A DNA stretch of 64,000 nucleotides from positions 26,900 to 90,899 of the forward strand of contig JAJZQY010000002.1 in assembly GCA_021806605.1 (NCBI GenBank). Direction: 5' to 3'. Shown piece by piece: positions 32,779-42,724 of the stretch. A program made the position numbers and the translations under genes. The stretch is from Pseudomonadota bacterium (GTDB lineage Bacteria > Pseudomonadota > Gammaproteobacteria > Burkholderiales > JABEVD01). The notes beneath the pieces were generated by a model. That model was not told where the DNA came from. It did no database searches and saw nothing but the letters and a program-made list of their open reading frames with translations. The first letter of the stretch is position 1; the number at the start of each line of letters is the position of its first letter.

Positions 32779-33803
32779 CAAACCTCTCCTGCTGGCTGCG
32801 GGTTCATGATTTGCATGCGCATGCCGAGTTCATTGAGCATCCCGCTTCTCGCTTCTTCCAGTGCCCGCTCCAGTGCGCACTGGAAGGAATAGGCATCTGC
32901 AGAGCCGTGACTCTTGATGACGATTCCTTTCAGTCCGAGAAGGCTTGCACCGTTGTAGCGGCGAGGATCGACGCGGTGTTTGAAGGCGTTGATCACGGGC
33001 AAGGAGATCAGCCCGGCAATGCGGGTGATGAGATTTCTGCCGTATTCTTCCCTGAGAAAGGTGGCCAGCATATGGGCGAGTCCTTCGGATGTTTTCAGGG
33101 CGACATTGCCGACGAAGCCGTCGCAAACCACGACCTCCGCAGTCCCCTTGAAGATGTCGTCTCCTTCGACGTTTCCGACAAAATTGAGGCCGCTGGACTT
33201 CAAAAGCTCGGCTGCGCGCTTCACCACTTCGTTGCCCTTGATTTCCTCTTCACCCACGTTGAGCAGGCCTACGCGCGGCTTTTCGATCTGCTCCACGGAA
33301 GAAACGAGGATCGATCCCATGACTGCGAACTGAAGCAGGTTTTCCGCACTGCAATCGACGTTGGCGCCCATGTCCAGCATATAGGTATGCCCCTTGAGCG
33401 TCGGCAAAAGGGTGATGATGGCCGGCCGTTCAACGCCGGGGACCATTTTCAGAACGAAGCGGGAAATCGCCATCAACGCGCCGGTATTGCCTGCGCTGAC
33501 GCAAGCCTGCGCCTCGCCGCGCTTCACGAGATTGATCGCGACGCGCATCGAGGAGTCCTTCTTGTTCTTGAGCGCGGCAGCCGGAGGATCGTGCATCTCG
33601 ACCACCTCGCTCGCAGGCTGGATGCGCAGACGCGAGGACAGGTCGGAATTCCCGACTTTCAATTCCGCCTCTATGACTTCAGCCGCACCGACCAGAACGA
33701 CCCCCGCTTCGGGATGCTCCCTGAGAAAGTTCAGGGCGGCAGGAACAGTCACGCCGGGGCCGTGATCTCCGCCCATGCAATCGATAGCAACCGTGATATC
33801 CAT
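32778..33803 (-). CDS. plsX: Phosphate acyltransferase PlsX
   Basis: [31 protein letters not shown]. Confidence 0.96.
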   Translation of the reverse strand: MDITVAIDCMGGDHGPGVTVPAALNFLREHPEAGVVLVGAAEVIEAELKVGNSDLSSRLRIQPASEVVEMHDPPAAALKNKKDSSMRVAINLVKRGEAQACVSAGNTGALMAISRFVLKMVPGVERPAIITLLPTLKGHTYMLDMGANVDCSAENLLQFAVMGSILVSSVEQIEKPRVGLLNVGEEEIKGNEVVKRAAELLKSSGLNFVGNVEGDDIFKGTAEVVVCDGFVGNVALKTSEGLAHMLATFLREEYGRNLITRIAGLISLPVINAFKHRVDPRRYNGASLLGLKGIVIKSHGSADAYSFQCALERALEEARSGMLNELGMRMQIMNPQPAGEV

Positions 33804-33872
33804 AGATCCTTGCTGAGTTCAGGCCGAAAAACCGGAACCGCCGGAGAGGACGAAAGCCATCCTGAGACTGTC

Positions 33873-34052
33873 TTACTCGCTCTTGCCCTTCGCCACTTTC
33901 TTGCCGCGATAAAATCCGTTCGGGCTGACATGGTGGCGCAGGTGGACTTCGCCCGTGGAGGCTTCGACTGCAAGCGGCGGGTTGGTCAGAAAATCATGCG
34001 CCCTGTGCATGCCGCGCTTGGAAGGGGATTTCTTGTTCTGTTGAACTGCCAT
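33873..34052 (-). CDS. rpmF: 50S ribosomal protein L32 (missed by the ORF track)
   Basis: Hand translation: [59 protein letters not shown]. Confidence 0.96.
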   Translation of the reverse strand: MAVQQNKKSPSKRGMHRAHDFLTNPPLAVEASTGEVHLRHHVSPNGFYRGKKVAKGKSE

Positions 34053-34076
34053 GTTCGACTCCTATATAAATGCTGT

Positions 34077-34550
34077 TTAGATCCTGTCCTTCAGGATCGA
34101 AAAAGGGGACTCCCTGACGGATTCATTGCCGCTCTCGCATGTTGCATGCCTGGGAGAGAAAGGCAGATCGAGCAGGATTTCGTCCTCGATCAGGGGCAAG
34201 ACTTCCATCTTATCCTTGACGACAATGCTGTCCACTTCCGGGTCTTCCTCCTCGATGTCCGGAAGATCCGATTCTTCCTTCACGAGCTTCAGGCCGGCCT
34301 TCAGCTCCAGCGGATATTCGATATCCTCCAGACAGCGCTGGCATCTCAGATGGAGCACCCCATCTATTGCAAGATGCAGCAGATAAGCGCCTTCCACATC
34401 GACTTCGCCGATCAGCGCATAGTCAACCTGTCCCGATTTGGAATACAATAAATCGGTCAGCCTGTCCATGCGCGAGACATCCATTTTCCCGCTGAGCGAC
34501 CTGCCCATTCTGGCAAATTCGAATCCATCGATGACGGTCAACTCGGACAT
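34077..34550 (-). CDS. yceD: YceD/DUF177 ribosome-biogenesis protein
   Basis: CQRCL, IEDEILLDLP, SPFSILK; upstream of rpmF. Confidence 0.9.
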   Translation of the reverse strand: MSELTVIDGFEFARMGRSLSGKMDVSRMDRLTDLLYSKSGQVDYALIGEVDVEGAYLLHLAIDGVLHLRCQRCLEDIEYPLELKAGLKLVKEESDLPDIEEEDPEVDSIVVKDKMEVLPLIEDEILLDLPFSPRHATCESGNESVRESPFSILKDRI

Positions 34551-34615
34551 AAGCTCGTAATTGTATATTTTTTTGTTTTTTCTGTCAAAATGAACCCCTT
34601 TTTCCTGGAGGGCAA

Positions 34616-35194
34616 TTGAGCAAGCTGATTCTCGCCTCTTCCTCGGTCTATCGCCGCATGCTGCTGGAGCGGTTGCGCCTTCCTTTCGATGTCGAATCTC
34701 CCGAGATCGACGAGGCGCCCTGCTCCGGAGAATCGCCTGAGGGCACTGCATTGCGGCTTGCCAGGGAAAAAGCCCAAAAGGTCGGGGTGGCGCATCCTGA
34801 TGCGCTTGTCATCGGATGCGATCAGGTTGCGGTTCTGGATGGCATGCAGATCGGCAAGCCGTATACTTTTGACAATGCATTCAGGCAACTGAAAGCGATG
34901 CGCGGCAAAACGGTCGTCTTTCACAGCGCGCTTTGCTTGTATAACAGACGGGAAGAACGCATCCAGTCGACCATCGTCCCCTGCTCCGTTTCATTCCGCA
35001 ATTATTCCGATGCCCAGATCGAGAACTATCTGAAAATCGAAGAGCCTTATCATTGCGCAGGGAGTGCAAAGTCCGAAGGATTGGGCATTGCCCTGATCAC
35101 ATCAATCCAAGGGGAAGATCCCACCGCGCTGATCGGGTTGCCGCTCATCGCCCTCGTCGGCATGCTCGAGCGCGAGGGAATGCGGGCGATCTGA
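34616..35194 (+). CDS. maf: Maf family nucleotide pyrophosphatase (YceF)
   Basis: [35 protein letters not shown]. Confidence 0.93.
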   Translation: MSKLILASSSVYRRMLLERLRLPFDVESPEIDEAPCSGESPEGTALRLAREKAQKVGVAHPDALVIGCDQVAVLDGMQIGKPYTFDNAFRQLKAMRGKTVVFHSALCLYNRREERIQSTIVPCSVSFRNYSDAQIENYLKIEEPYHCAGSAKSEGLGIALITSIQGEDPTALIGLPLIALVGMLEREGMRAI

Positions 35195-35281
35195 AAAGAT
35201 CGCCCGATGCGCCGCCAGGCGGCTCGGCTTCAGTTTTCTGGAGCACCTATCGAAGTCGAGCCTTCCGGTGTTTTCACGGCG

Positions 35282-35383
35282 CTATTTTCCCTTTTTCCTC
35301 GCCATAATTTCATCCAGCGAGATGAAAGACAGTATCAGGCACAACTCTAATGCGATTTCGCCGATGATTTCGTAATCGTTCAT
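35282..35383 (-). CDS. Putative 33-aa small protein
   Basis: MNDYEIIGEIALELCLILSFISLDEIMARKKGK, preceded by RBS AAAGGAG and a sigma54 promoter. Confidence 0.55.
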   Translation of the reverse strand: MNDYEIIGEIALELCLILSFISLDEIMARKKGK

Positions 35384-35425
35384 GATGGTTCTCCTTTCAT
35401 GATGGATTGAAGCCATCCATCGTTC

Positions 35426-35441
35426 AGCAATGTCCGTGCCA
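35426..35441 (-). promoter_or_regulatory. Sigma54 (-24/-12) promoter
   Basis: TGGCAC-GGACA-TTGCT on the minus strand, a consensus match. Confidence 0.75.
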
Positions 35442-35548
35442 GAAATTACCATGCTGATTTTAAAGGGAATATAAATAATGGGGCGGGAATGTCGCGTCAT
35501 TTCCGGTGCATTCGAGTGCATCAGTGCATGCTTATGGTGCCTGGAGGT

Positions 35549-36421
35549 TCATGCGAGGACCGAGTACCTGACCGAGAGTCGGTGCGATTTTCCGGGAGGG
35601 ACGATGACGACATCGTCTGCCGCATTGCAGCTCTCGACGCACAGCATGTTCAGGTAGCCGTCATCTCCGAGGTCGCCCATTTTGATCGCCTTCTCCAACC
35701 AGGGATTCCACACCACGGTCGAGCGGCTCCCCTGCTTTTCCACCCGGATGACGCGATTGTAAATCGGGTCACGAATCAGGCAATCCGACGCAGTGTCGAG
35801 ATAGATCCTGTCGACCTCGGAATTCACGGTCACCGGGCCGGATTGGCGATTTTTGCCACCGTTCACCTTGTCGATATAAGCGGCTTCCTCCAGCCCCAGG
35901 ATTTCGATTTTTCTTACGTCGCCCACCTCGAAATAGGTGTGCAGGGCGCATCCCAGTGTAAAAGGCTCAAGCCCTGTATTCCGGGTGATCAATTCCATTT
36001 CCAATGTCTTGCCTACCTTGACCCGGCATTCAAGTTCGGAAGGATAAGGCCAGAATGCCTCGTTCGGAACCAGTCGCAGAGCAACTTGGGTCGCATTCAT
36101 CAGGCTTTTCGTCCCGGCCACTTCCCACACGATGTTCCTGGCGAAACCGTGAGCGGGATAGGAAGATTCTTCCGGATGCGGCCCGAACCAGGGCCAGCAA
36201 ATCGGGATGCCTCCCCTCACGGATTTCCCCTGCACGTATTTCGCATTTTTCGAAAGCCAGATTACCGGCTTTTCGCCGGCCGGCGCCCAGGAAAGCAACT
36301 GTGCGCCCTGCAGGGCGATTGTGGCGATTCCAGCAGAATTTTTCACCTCGATCAGCTTGAACCCGTTCTGGCCTTCCACAAAATCCACTTCGCCAAATGT
36401 TGCTTCCAGTTTTGAATCCAT
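35549..36421 (-). CDS. D-hexose-6-phosphate mutarotase (YeaD family)
   Basis: RGGIPICWPWFG, HGFAR, ALHTYF, VVWNPW, MLCVE. Confidence 0.9.
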   Translation of the reverse strand: MDSKLEATFGEVDFVEGQNGFKLIEVKNSAGIATIALQGAQLLSWAPAGEKPVIWLSKNAKYVQGKSVRGGIPICWPWFGPHPEESSYPAHGFARNIVWEVAGTKSLMNATQVALRLVPNEAFWPYPSELECRVKVGKTLEMELITRNTGLEPFTLGCALHTYFEVGDVRKIEILGLEEAAYIDKVNGGKNRQSGPVTVNSEVDRIYLDTASDCLIRDPIYNRVIRVEKQGSRSTVVWNPWLEKAIKMGDLGDDGYLNMLCVESCNAADDVVIVPPGKSHRLSVRYSVLA

Positions 36422-36535
36422 GCCGCTCCCCTAACGTATTGGCCTGAATGATACCCTATCGCGTTTGTGGCGTCTCGGGAAAGACTAGCCTTCTGGCTTC
36501 TGTTAAAATGATTTTTCAATCAAAGGGGAAGGTCG

Positions 36536-37567
36536 TTGAGGGTGAGATACGAGCAGGGACGCGACGCTAGTGGGGAGATTCTGAGGCTGGTCATCCAGAA
36601 AATGGCCGCTCATCCCGCTTCCTTCACCCCATGGACTTACGCAGTGTGGTTCGAGCACCTTGTCGGGATCAATCCCGCCTTGTCAGATGCGCTCGAACAG
36701 TATCTGGATTCGGGGACCAGGCTCGACGATGAGGCAATCGAAAAACTCTATGCCGAGTATGTTTCGGAATGCAACTTGGATATCCACAAGATGCTCAGGC
36801 AGGATCTCCAGAAAATCCTGTGTAAGCTTGCGGGATTCACCGAAGAAACGGACAGGCAGGCCATGGGGTTCGGGGACAATCTTCAATCTTATGGTGAGAA
36901 GCTCAAGCAGAACCTCGACGAGTCCGCCCTGGGCAACCTGATCGGAGAGATGGTCGAAGATACCGAGCACATGCGCGGCAGCGTGCTGAACCTTCAGAAC
37001 CAACTGGAGCACAGCAAGCAGGAAGTCGAAGAACTGCATCGCGAGCTTGAGTCTGCCAAGGGGGAGGCCATGATCGACCCCTTGACCGGAATTCTCAACC
37101 GCCGCGGATTCGAAAAGGCCGCTTCCCGGATTCTGGACGAAAGCGCTTTCTCGGGAAAGGAAACGTGTCTCCTGATGCTCGATATCGACCATTTCAAGAA
37201 AATCAATGACACCTATGGGCATCTGGTCGGCGACAAGGTGATCAGGGCGGTGGCGGAAATGCTGAAATCCAACATCAAGGGGCAGGATTCCGTGGCAAGG
37301 CTGGGGGGGGAGGAATTTGTCGTGCTGCTACCCGAGACGCCCGCTGCCGGCGCATTTGCTGTTGCCGAGCATATCAGGAAAAGCATAGGGAACGGAAAAA
37401 TCCGCCGCATCGATTCGCAGGAATCCATAGGCGCTGTCACCGTTTCCATCGGCGTTGCCAGTCTCGCCGAGAACGGAGACATCAACCAATTGCTCAATCA
37501 AGCCGACAAGGCGCTGTATGCCTCGAAAGCCCAGGGAAGAAACAGGACGACAACATACGGCAGCTGA
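36536..37567 (+). CDS. Soluble diguanylate cyclase (coiled coil + GGDEF)
   Basis: DPLTGILNR, DIDHFKKINDTYGH, RLGGEEF, ADKALY. Confidence 0.9.
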   Translation: MRVRYEQGRDASGEILRLVIQKMAAHPASFTPWTYAVWFEHLVGINPALSDALEQYLDSGTRLDDEAIEKLYAEYVSECNLDIHKMLRQDLQKILCKLAGFTEETDRQAMGFGDNLQSYGEKLKQNLDESALGNLIGEMVEDTEHMRGSVLNLQNQLEHSKQEVEELHRELESAKGEAMIDPLTGILNRRGFEKAASRILDESAFSGKETCLLMLDIDHFKKINDTYGHLVGDKVIRAVAEMLKSNIKGQDSVARLGGEEFVVLLPETPAAGAFAVAEHIRKSIGNGKIRRIDSQESIGAVTVSIGVASLAENGDINQLLNQADKALYASKAQGRNRTTTYGS

Positions 37568-37672
37568 GCTTCGTCGAGAAAGGACAACGCCGCGCTGTGC
37601 CGGCCTACCTTCATCTGGAAAATCAGGGTGATTGGACTACTGTTGGGGTAATATCGCACGATAAAGCCTGTT

Positions 37673-40600
37673 ATGCCAGCCTTCCAGCGAACTGATCGCC
37701 ATAAAATCGTTTCCCTTGCCGGCATATTCACCTGTCTGATCGGCGGCACGGTTCTCACTGGCTGGGCATTCGGACTTCCCCTGCTGACGCGCATCAACCC
37801 CGACTGGATTCCCATGGTACCGGGCACGGCACTCTGTTTCGTCTTGAGCGGATTGTCTCTGCTCGGAAGCAGGGAATCCTTGCCAGCGCGCACGCTGGTC
37901 TGGCTGACCATGCTGCTTGCCGGAGCAATGGGACTTGAGATTGCTGCCCATCGGCAATTCGCTGGCATCGATTTTCTGGCGCTGGTTTGGGGAGCGCAGT
38001 TCCGGAGCGTCGGCCACATGTCGCCACAGACCGTGATGGGATTCTTGGGATTCGGAATCGGAATGCTGTCCATTTGGCGGGCTGCTGACCAGAAGATGCG
38101 GGTGGTTGCCAGCACAATGGCTGTCCTGCTGCTTGCCATGGGGTTGACAGTTATCTTCGGATACTGGCTCAAGCTGCAGTATCTTTTCGAAACGATATAT
38201 ATCGAGACGGGACTGATATGGATGTCCCTGCCCACCGCCGTCGGCATGACCCTGCTGGGTGCCGGTCTGCTGTGCCTTGCGATTCGCTGCGAAGAAAGCG
38301 CCGTCGCTGTAACAGCTGAACAAAGAGCCAGGCAGATTTACCACGCCACGGTCTTCGTGGTCATCCTCACTTCTGTCGCCATCGGCCTGACCGGGATCTG
38401 GTTTCTCGAGAAAGCCATGCTGAGTCAGGCGACACTGGACATGCAGCAAAGCCTGAGTGCGAGACGCGCGCAGATCGAAGCCGCACTCGACGACCGCATA
38501 GAACGCACGACAGTGGCGAGTCAAGACCCCGAACTCCAATCGCTGGCATCTCTCTGGTTCGGCAAAGCCAAATCGACCATGAGGCGGGACACCCCGATTT
38601 CCAGCTTGCTTGCATACGGGTTCTCCGGAATCGGCCTGGAATCTGGCACCCATAGCAGAGTTGTCGCGGGGCGTCTTGTTTCGAATAAAACCGCCTTCTC
38701 CCGTCTTAACCGGGAAGAAGAAGCCTATCTCGCTTGGGACAATGGCTACTACCTGCGCGTGCTGATCCCCGTAAAACGGGGGATTCGCAGCGCCCCGGAA
38801 GGTTTCATCGTGTTCGAACAGGAACTTCGCGATGTGAATCGACTTTTCGACGAAGCCAGCCGCTGGGGAAAGACCGGCACCATGCCGATGTGCGGTCGTC
38901 TCGACCGGAGCAGACTGCTATGCTTTCCGCAGCGTGAACAGGCTGCAATGTATGTGATTCCCGACACTTTCAATGGGAAACCGCTGCCGATGACGCATGC
39001 ACTCGCCGGCGAAAGCGGCGTTTTCTCGTCGATCGATTACCGGGGACGCAATGTCCTATCAGCCTATGGCCCCGTGGGGAATACAGGGCTGGGTTTGGTT
39101 CTGAAAATGGATGTCGCAGAAGTTTACGCCCCGGTCAAACGGGAACTCTTGATTGCGCTCCCCTTGATCGCCATTCTGGTTGCTCTGGGACTATGGATCA
39201 CCCGTCTTCGGGGCAACCCGCTGATTCGGGACCTGGCAAATGCCCATGCTTCTGAAAGAATTGCGAGAGCCCGCTTCGAGGCGGCAAGGGAAAGCAGCCC
39301 GGATGCATTCGTGATTGGCGAGAGCATGAAAAGCGAGGATGGAGACATTGTCGACTTCCGCTACATCTACGCCAATTCCCATGCGGCAGACATGGCCAGG
39401 CTACCCGTCGATGGCCTGATTGGGCATTCGTTGCTGGAACTTTTTCCGGAACAGCGGGATATTTTCGCCCAATACAGGAAAGTAGCCCTCACGGGAAATC
39501 CGCTGACCAACGAGTTTTCGCTGGCCAGTGATGGCGTAACCCAGTGGTATCAGCGCCAGGCGGTGGCCATGCCCGGTGGCGTTGCAGTCACCTTCAGGAA
39601 CATCACGCAGGAAAAACGCCTGTTCCAGCAGCTCGAATACTCGAACCGCCTGCGTACCGCGATCGTGGAAAATGCAGCCTATTCGATCATTTCCACCGAC
39701 ATCGACGGCACCATCCTCACTTTCAACAAGGCTGCAGAACGCATGCTCTGGTATGACGCGGATGAGGTGGTCGGCAAAGCCAAGCCGCTGCTATTTCACG
39801 ATGCCGATGAAATCAGGGAACGTGCTGCGGCCCTGAGCCAGGAACTCGGCTGTGCGGTGCCGCCGGATTTCGAGGTGTTCGTCGCAAAAGCCAGGAAAAC
39901 TTTCCAGGAAGAACATGAATGGACCTACATTCGCAAGGACGGGTCACGCTTTCCCGTGCATCTTTCGGTGAGCGCATTGCGCGATGAGAATGGTGTAATC
40001 CAGGGATTCATCGGCATTGCTTACGACATTTCCGAGGAAATGCGGGCCAAAGAATACATCAGGCACATTGCCCTGCATGACGTACTGACCGGACTGCCCA
40101 ATCGTGCCCTGCTTGATGACAGAATAATGGTGGCGATCGAGCAACAGCACAGAAGCAATGTCCCGTTTGCGCTGGGCATGATGGATATTGACCGTTTCAA
40201 GCATATCAACGACTCGATGGGGCATCACATCGGAGACAGACTGCTCAAAGAGTTCGTTGAACGTGTCTCTTCCTGTCTGCGGCCGACCGACACGCTTGCC
40301 AGGATGGGAGGAGACGAGTTCGTCCTGCTTCTGACCGAAACCGACGAGACTGGCGTGTCGCTCGTCGCCGGGCGCATACACAAGGCGCTGATGCAGCCGA
40401 TCAATGTGGGTATCCAGCAAGTACACATTACTTCGAGCATCGGCTTCAGTATTTGCCCCCGAGACGGCCACGACATGAATGAGCTGCTGCGATGTGCCGA
40501 TGTGGCGATGTATTGGGTCAAGGAGCATGGACGCAATGGATACAAGCTGTATTCGCGGGAAATGGACAGGGGTACGGCGAATCGGTTGAGCATCGAAAGG

Positions 40601-41383
40601 GAGCTTCATCTTGCTATTGAAAGCGGAGGATTTTCCCTGTTCTATCAACCTAAAGTGGATTTGAAGTCGAAAACCGTGCTGGGCGTCGAAGCTTTGCTGC
40701 GCATGCACAACGGAAGCGATCAGCCTGTGCCGCCTTCCAGCTTCATTCCCCTGGCCGAAGAAACAGGGCTCATCCTGCGGATCGGTCAATGGGTGCTGGA
40801 GGCGGCCTGTCGTGATGCAAAAAGAATGGAAAAGTTGCTGGGGGTGGCGCTCAAGGTTGCGGTCAACATATCACCGCGGCAATTCATGAACGGCGATCTG
40901 GTCATGCTGGTCAGAAATGCTCTCGGGCAGGCTAGTCTGGAAAGCGCTCAGCTGGAGTTGGAGATCACCGAAAGCGTGCTGATGGATGAAAGAAGCGATG
41001 TCGCCACTGCTCTGGAGGCGCTGCATGCGCTTGGGGTGAGAATCGCCATCGACGATTTCGGAACCGGGTATTCGAGCCTGAGTTACCTGAAACGCTATCC
41101 GATCAGCCAGCTCAAGATCGACCAGTCCTTCGTCCGGGATGCGACAGGAGACGCGGAGAACGCGGCTTTGATCACCGCGATCATTGCCATGGGGCATAAC
41201 CTGAAGATTCCCGTCATTGCAGAAGGCATTGAAACCGATGAACAGCTTTCATTTCTGGTCGAGAATCATTGCGATCAGGGGCAAGGATTTTACATCGGGC
41301 ACCCGATGCCTTTCGATGCGCTGCTGCAATGGCTAGTCGACGATACTCGCTGGACTCTGGAAAGACGACCAGCTTCCAGTTGA
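37673..41383 (+). CDS. Membrane sensor PAS-PAS-GGDEF-EAL protein
   Basis: Multiple N-terminal TM helices, Cache-like periplasmic region, two PAS, RPTD/GGDEF, EAL, DDFGTGYSS. Confidence 0.9.
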   Translation: MPAFQRTDRHKIVSLAGIFTCLIGGTVLTGWAFGLPLLTRINPDWIPMVPGTALCFVLSGLSLLGSRESLPARTLVWLTMLLAGAMGLEIAAHRQFAGIDFLALVWGAQFRSVGHMSPQTVMGFLGFGIGMLSIWRAADQKMRVVASTMAVLLLAMGLTVIFGYWLKLQYLFETIYIETGLIWMSLPTAVGMTLLGAGLLCLAIRCEESAVAVTAEQRARQIYHATVFVVILTSVAIGLTGIWFLEKAMLSQATLDMQQSLSARRAQIEAALDDRIERTTVASQDPELQSLASLWFGKAKSTMRRDTPISSLLAYGFSGIGLESGTHSRVVAGRLVSNKTAFSRLNREEEAYLAWDNGYYLRVLIPVKRGIRSAPEGFIVFEQELRDVNRLFDEASRWGKTGTMPMCGRLDRSRLLCFPQREQAAMYVIPDTFNGKPLPMTHALAGESGVFSSIDYRGRNVLSAYGPVGNTGLGLVLKMDVAEVYAPVKRELLIALPLIAILVALGLWITRLRGNPLIRDLANAHASERIARARFEAARESSPDAFVIGESMKSEDGDIVDFRYIYANSHAADMARLPVDGLIGHSLLELFPEQRDIFAQYRKVALTGNPLTNEFSLASDGVTQWYQRQAVAMPGGVAVTFRNITQEKRLFQQLEYSNRLRTAIVENAAYSIISTDIDGTILTFNKAAERMLWYDADEVVGKAKPLLFHDADEIRERAAALSQELGCAVPPDFEVFVAKARKTFQEEHEWTYIRKDGSRFPVHLSVSALRDENGVIQGFIGIAYDISEEMRAKEYIRHIALHDVLTGLPNRALLDDRIMVAIEQQHRSNVPFALGMMDIDRFKHINDSMGHHIGDRLLKEFVERVSSCLRPTDTLARMGGDEFVLLLTETDETGVSLVAGRIHKALMQPINVGIQQVHITSSIGFSICPRDGHDMNELLRCADVAMYWVKEHGRNGYKLYSREMDRGTANRLSIERELHLAIESGGFSLFYQPKVDLKSKTVLGVEALLRMHNGSDQPVPPSSFIPLAEETGLILRIGQWVLEAACRDAKRMEKLLGVALKVAVNISPRQFMNGDLVMLVRNALGQASLESAQLELEITESVLMDERSDVATALEALHALGVRIAIDDFGTGYSSLSYLKRYPISQLKIDQSFVRDATGDAENAALITAIIAMGHNLKIPVIAEGIETDEQLSFLVENHCDQGQGFYIGHPMPFDALLQWLVDDTRWTLERRPASS

Positions 41384-41584
41384 TCACCTATTCCAGCAAG
41401 CACGACATCGATGCCTTACGATGTTTTTGCGCCCCCTCCCCTGTTTGCCTGAGGCGGCATCATCTCTCGCCGTCCCGAGCCACTTTCGCAGCCCCAAAAT
41501 TTCGTATCTAAAACAATACGAATAATCTTCCTCTATCCTAGTGCATTGATATTATTTTGTTATATTCCTTGAGATTCGTGCGCC

Positions 41585-42538
41585 TCATGCCAGCGCCAAG
41601 CGACTGGCTTCGCTTTGCTTGAGCGACGACGTGAACATTTCGCTTCCTGCGCAATGGTTCAGAAAATGCTTAAGGTTGTCAGAAAGATATTTCTGCTTGT
41701 GCAGGATGATGTGGAATTTCCGAGTCAGCTTGGGCAATTCCGTATCCAGGATGATCAATTGACCGGTTTCGAGATAATCCGCAACGGCCCATCGCGACAG
41801 GCAGCTTATTCCGAGCCCCTCGGAGGTTGCCCGCTTGATCGCTTCCGCGCCGCCGAATTCCATCCCGATGTTCAGATGGCTAAGATGCCTCAGCAATTCG
41901 TATTCCACCGTCTCGCGCGTGCCGGACCCGGATTCCCGCATCAGCCATTGCGCCTGCTGGAGCGTATCGAAATCAACCTTGCCCTTTCTGGCTATGGCAT
42001 GGGTCGGGGAGGCGACGATCAGCAGTTCATCCTGAATCCAGGGAATGACTTCAAGATTCGGCACATGGCAATGCCCTTCGATAAAGCCGGCATCGATCTC
42101 GTAATTCGCGACTGCTTCGGCGATTTTGGAACTGTTGGCAATGTCCACGCGCATGCTAGGCACCGCTTCGCATTCTCCGAATTGCTCCCTGCGGCAGCCG
42201 GCAAGCAGGGCGGGCAGAATGTAGTTGCCAATGGTCGTGCTCGCTCCCAAACGGAGTTGCGAAACCATCCCGGTCCGGGCAGTCGAAAATTGCTGTTCGA
42301 GATCGATTGCCCCTTCGATCAGGGCAAGCGCATTTGGCAGGAGCAGCCGCCCGTTGTCATTGAGCACGAGGCGCTTTCCGACTCGATCGAACAACTGGGT
42401 GTTGAGCAAGCTTTCTATGTCGTTGATGGCAGCGCTGGTTGCAGACTGTGAAAGGGGCAGACTCTTTCCCGCCTCGGTTGTGCTCGAGGTGCGCGCGACG
42501 GCGACGAAAATCTGCAACTGGCGTAACGTGATGCGCAT
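41585..42538 (-). CDS. LysR regulator, YeiE/FinR/CysL subfamily
   Basis: MRITLRQLQIF...SQSATS...QLFDRVGKRL, GASTTIGNY, RESGSGTR. Confidence 0.88.
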   Translation of the reverse strand: MRITLRQLQIFVAVARTSSTTEAGKSLPLSQSATSAAINDIESLLNTQLFDRVGKRLVLNDNGRLLLPNALALIEGAIDLEQQFSTARTGMVSQLRLGASTTIGNYILPALLAGCRREQFGECEAVPSMRVDIANSSKIAEAVANYEIDAGFIEGHCHVPNLEVIPWIQDELLIVASPTHAIARKGKVDFDTLQQAQWLMRESGSGTRETVEYELLRHLSHLNIGMEFGGAEAIKRATSEGLGISCLSRWAVADYLETGQLIILDTELPKLTRKFHIILHKQKYLSDNLKHFLNHCAGSEMFTSSLKQSEASRLALA

Positions 42539-42724
42539 GCTGATTCCTTCGATCTATTTTGCCGGTCGATTATACCCGCGTAATTTGTAATGCATCTATA
42601 CTCATCCTGTATAATTCTGGGACACCCTAAAATGGGAATGATTCAACGCCCAGGGCGGGCACAGGGCATGTCGCGAACCAGCACGGCCCGGCATTGACCA
42701 TCACAACAAAGGAGAATACCGATC

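Noticed and set aside
33811-33872. Hammerhead-like GAGGACGAAA in the rpmF-plsX spacer
   Set aside because: Lacks the CTGANGA core and the matching stems
32811-34451. 546-aa plus-strand ORF
   Set aside because: Antisense shadow of plsX-rpmF-yceD; no motifs; expected with GC-rich codon bias
41440-41510. c-di-GMP-I riboswitch resemblance (GAAA loop...GGGAC)
   Set aside because: GGCAAAC and GACGCAAAG are not in the right order, and there is no downstream same-strand gene
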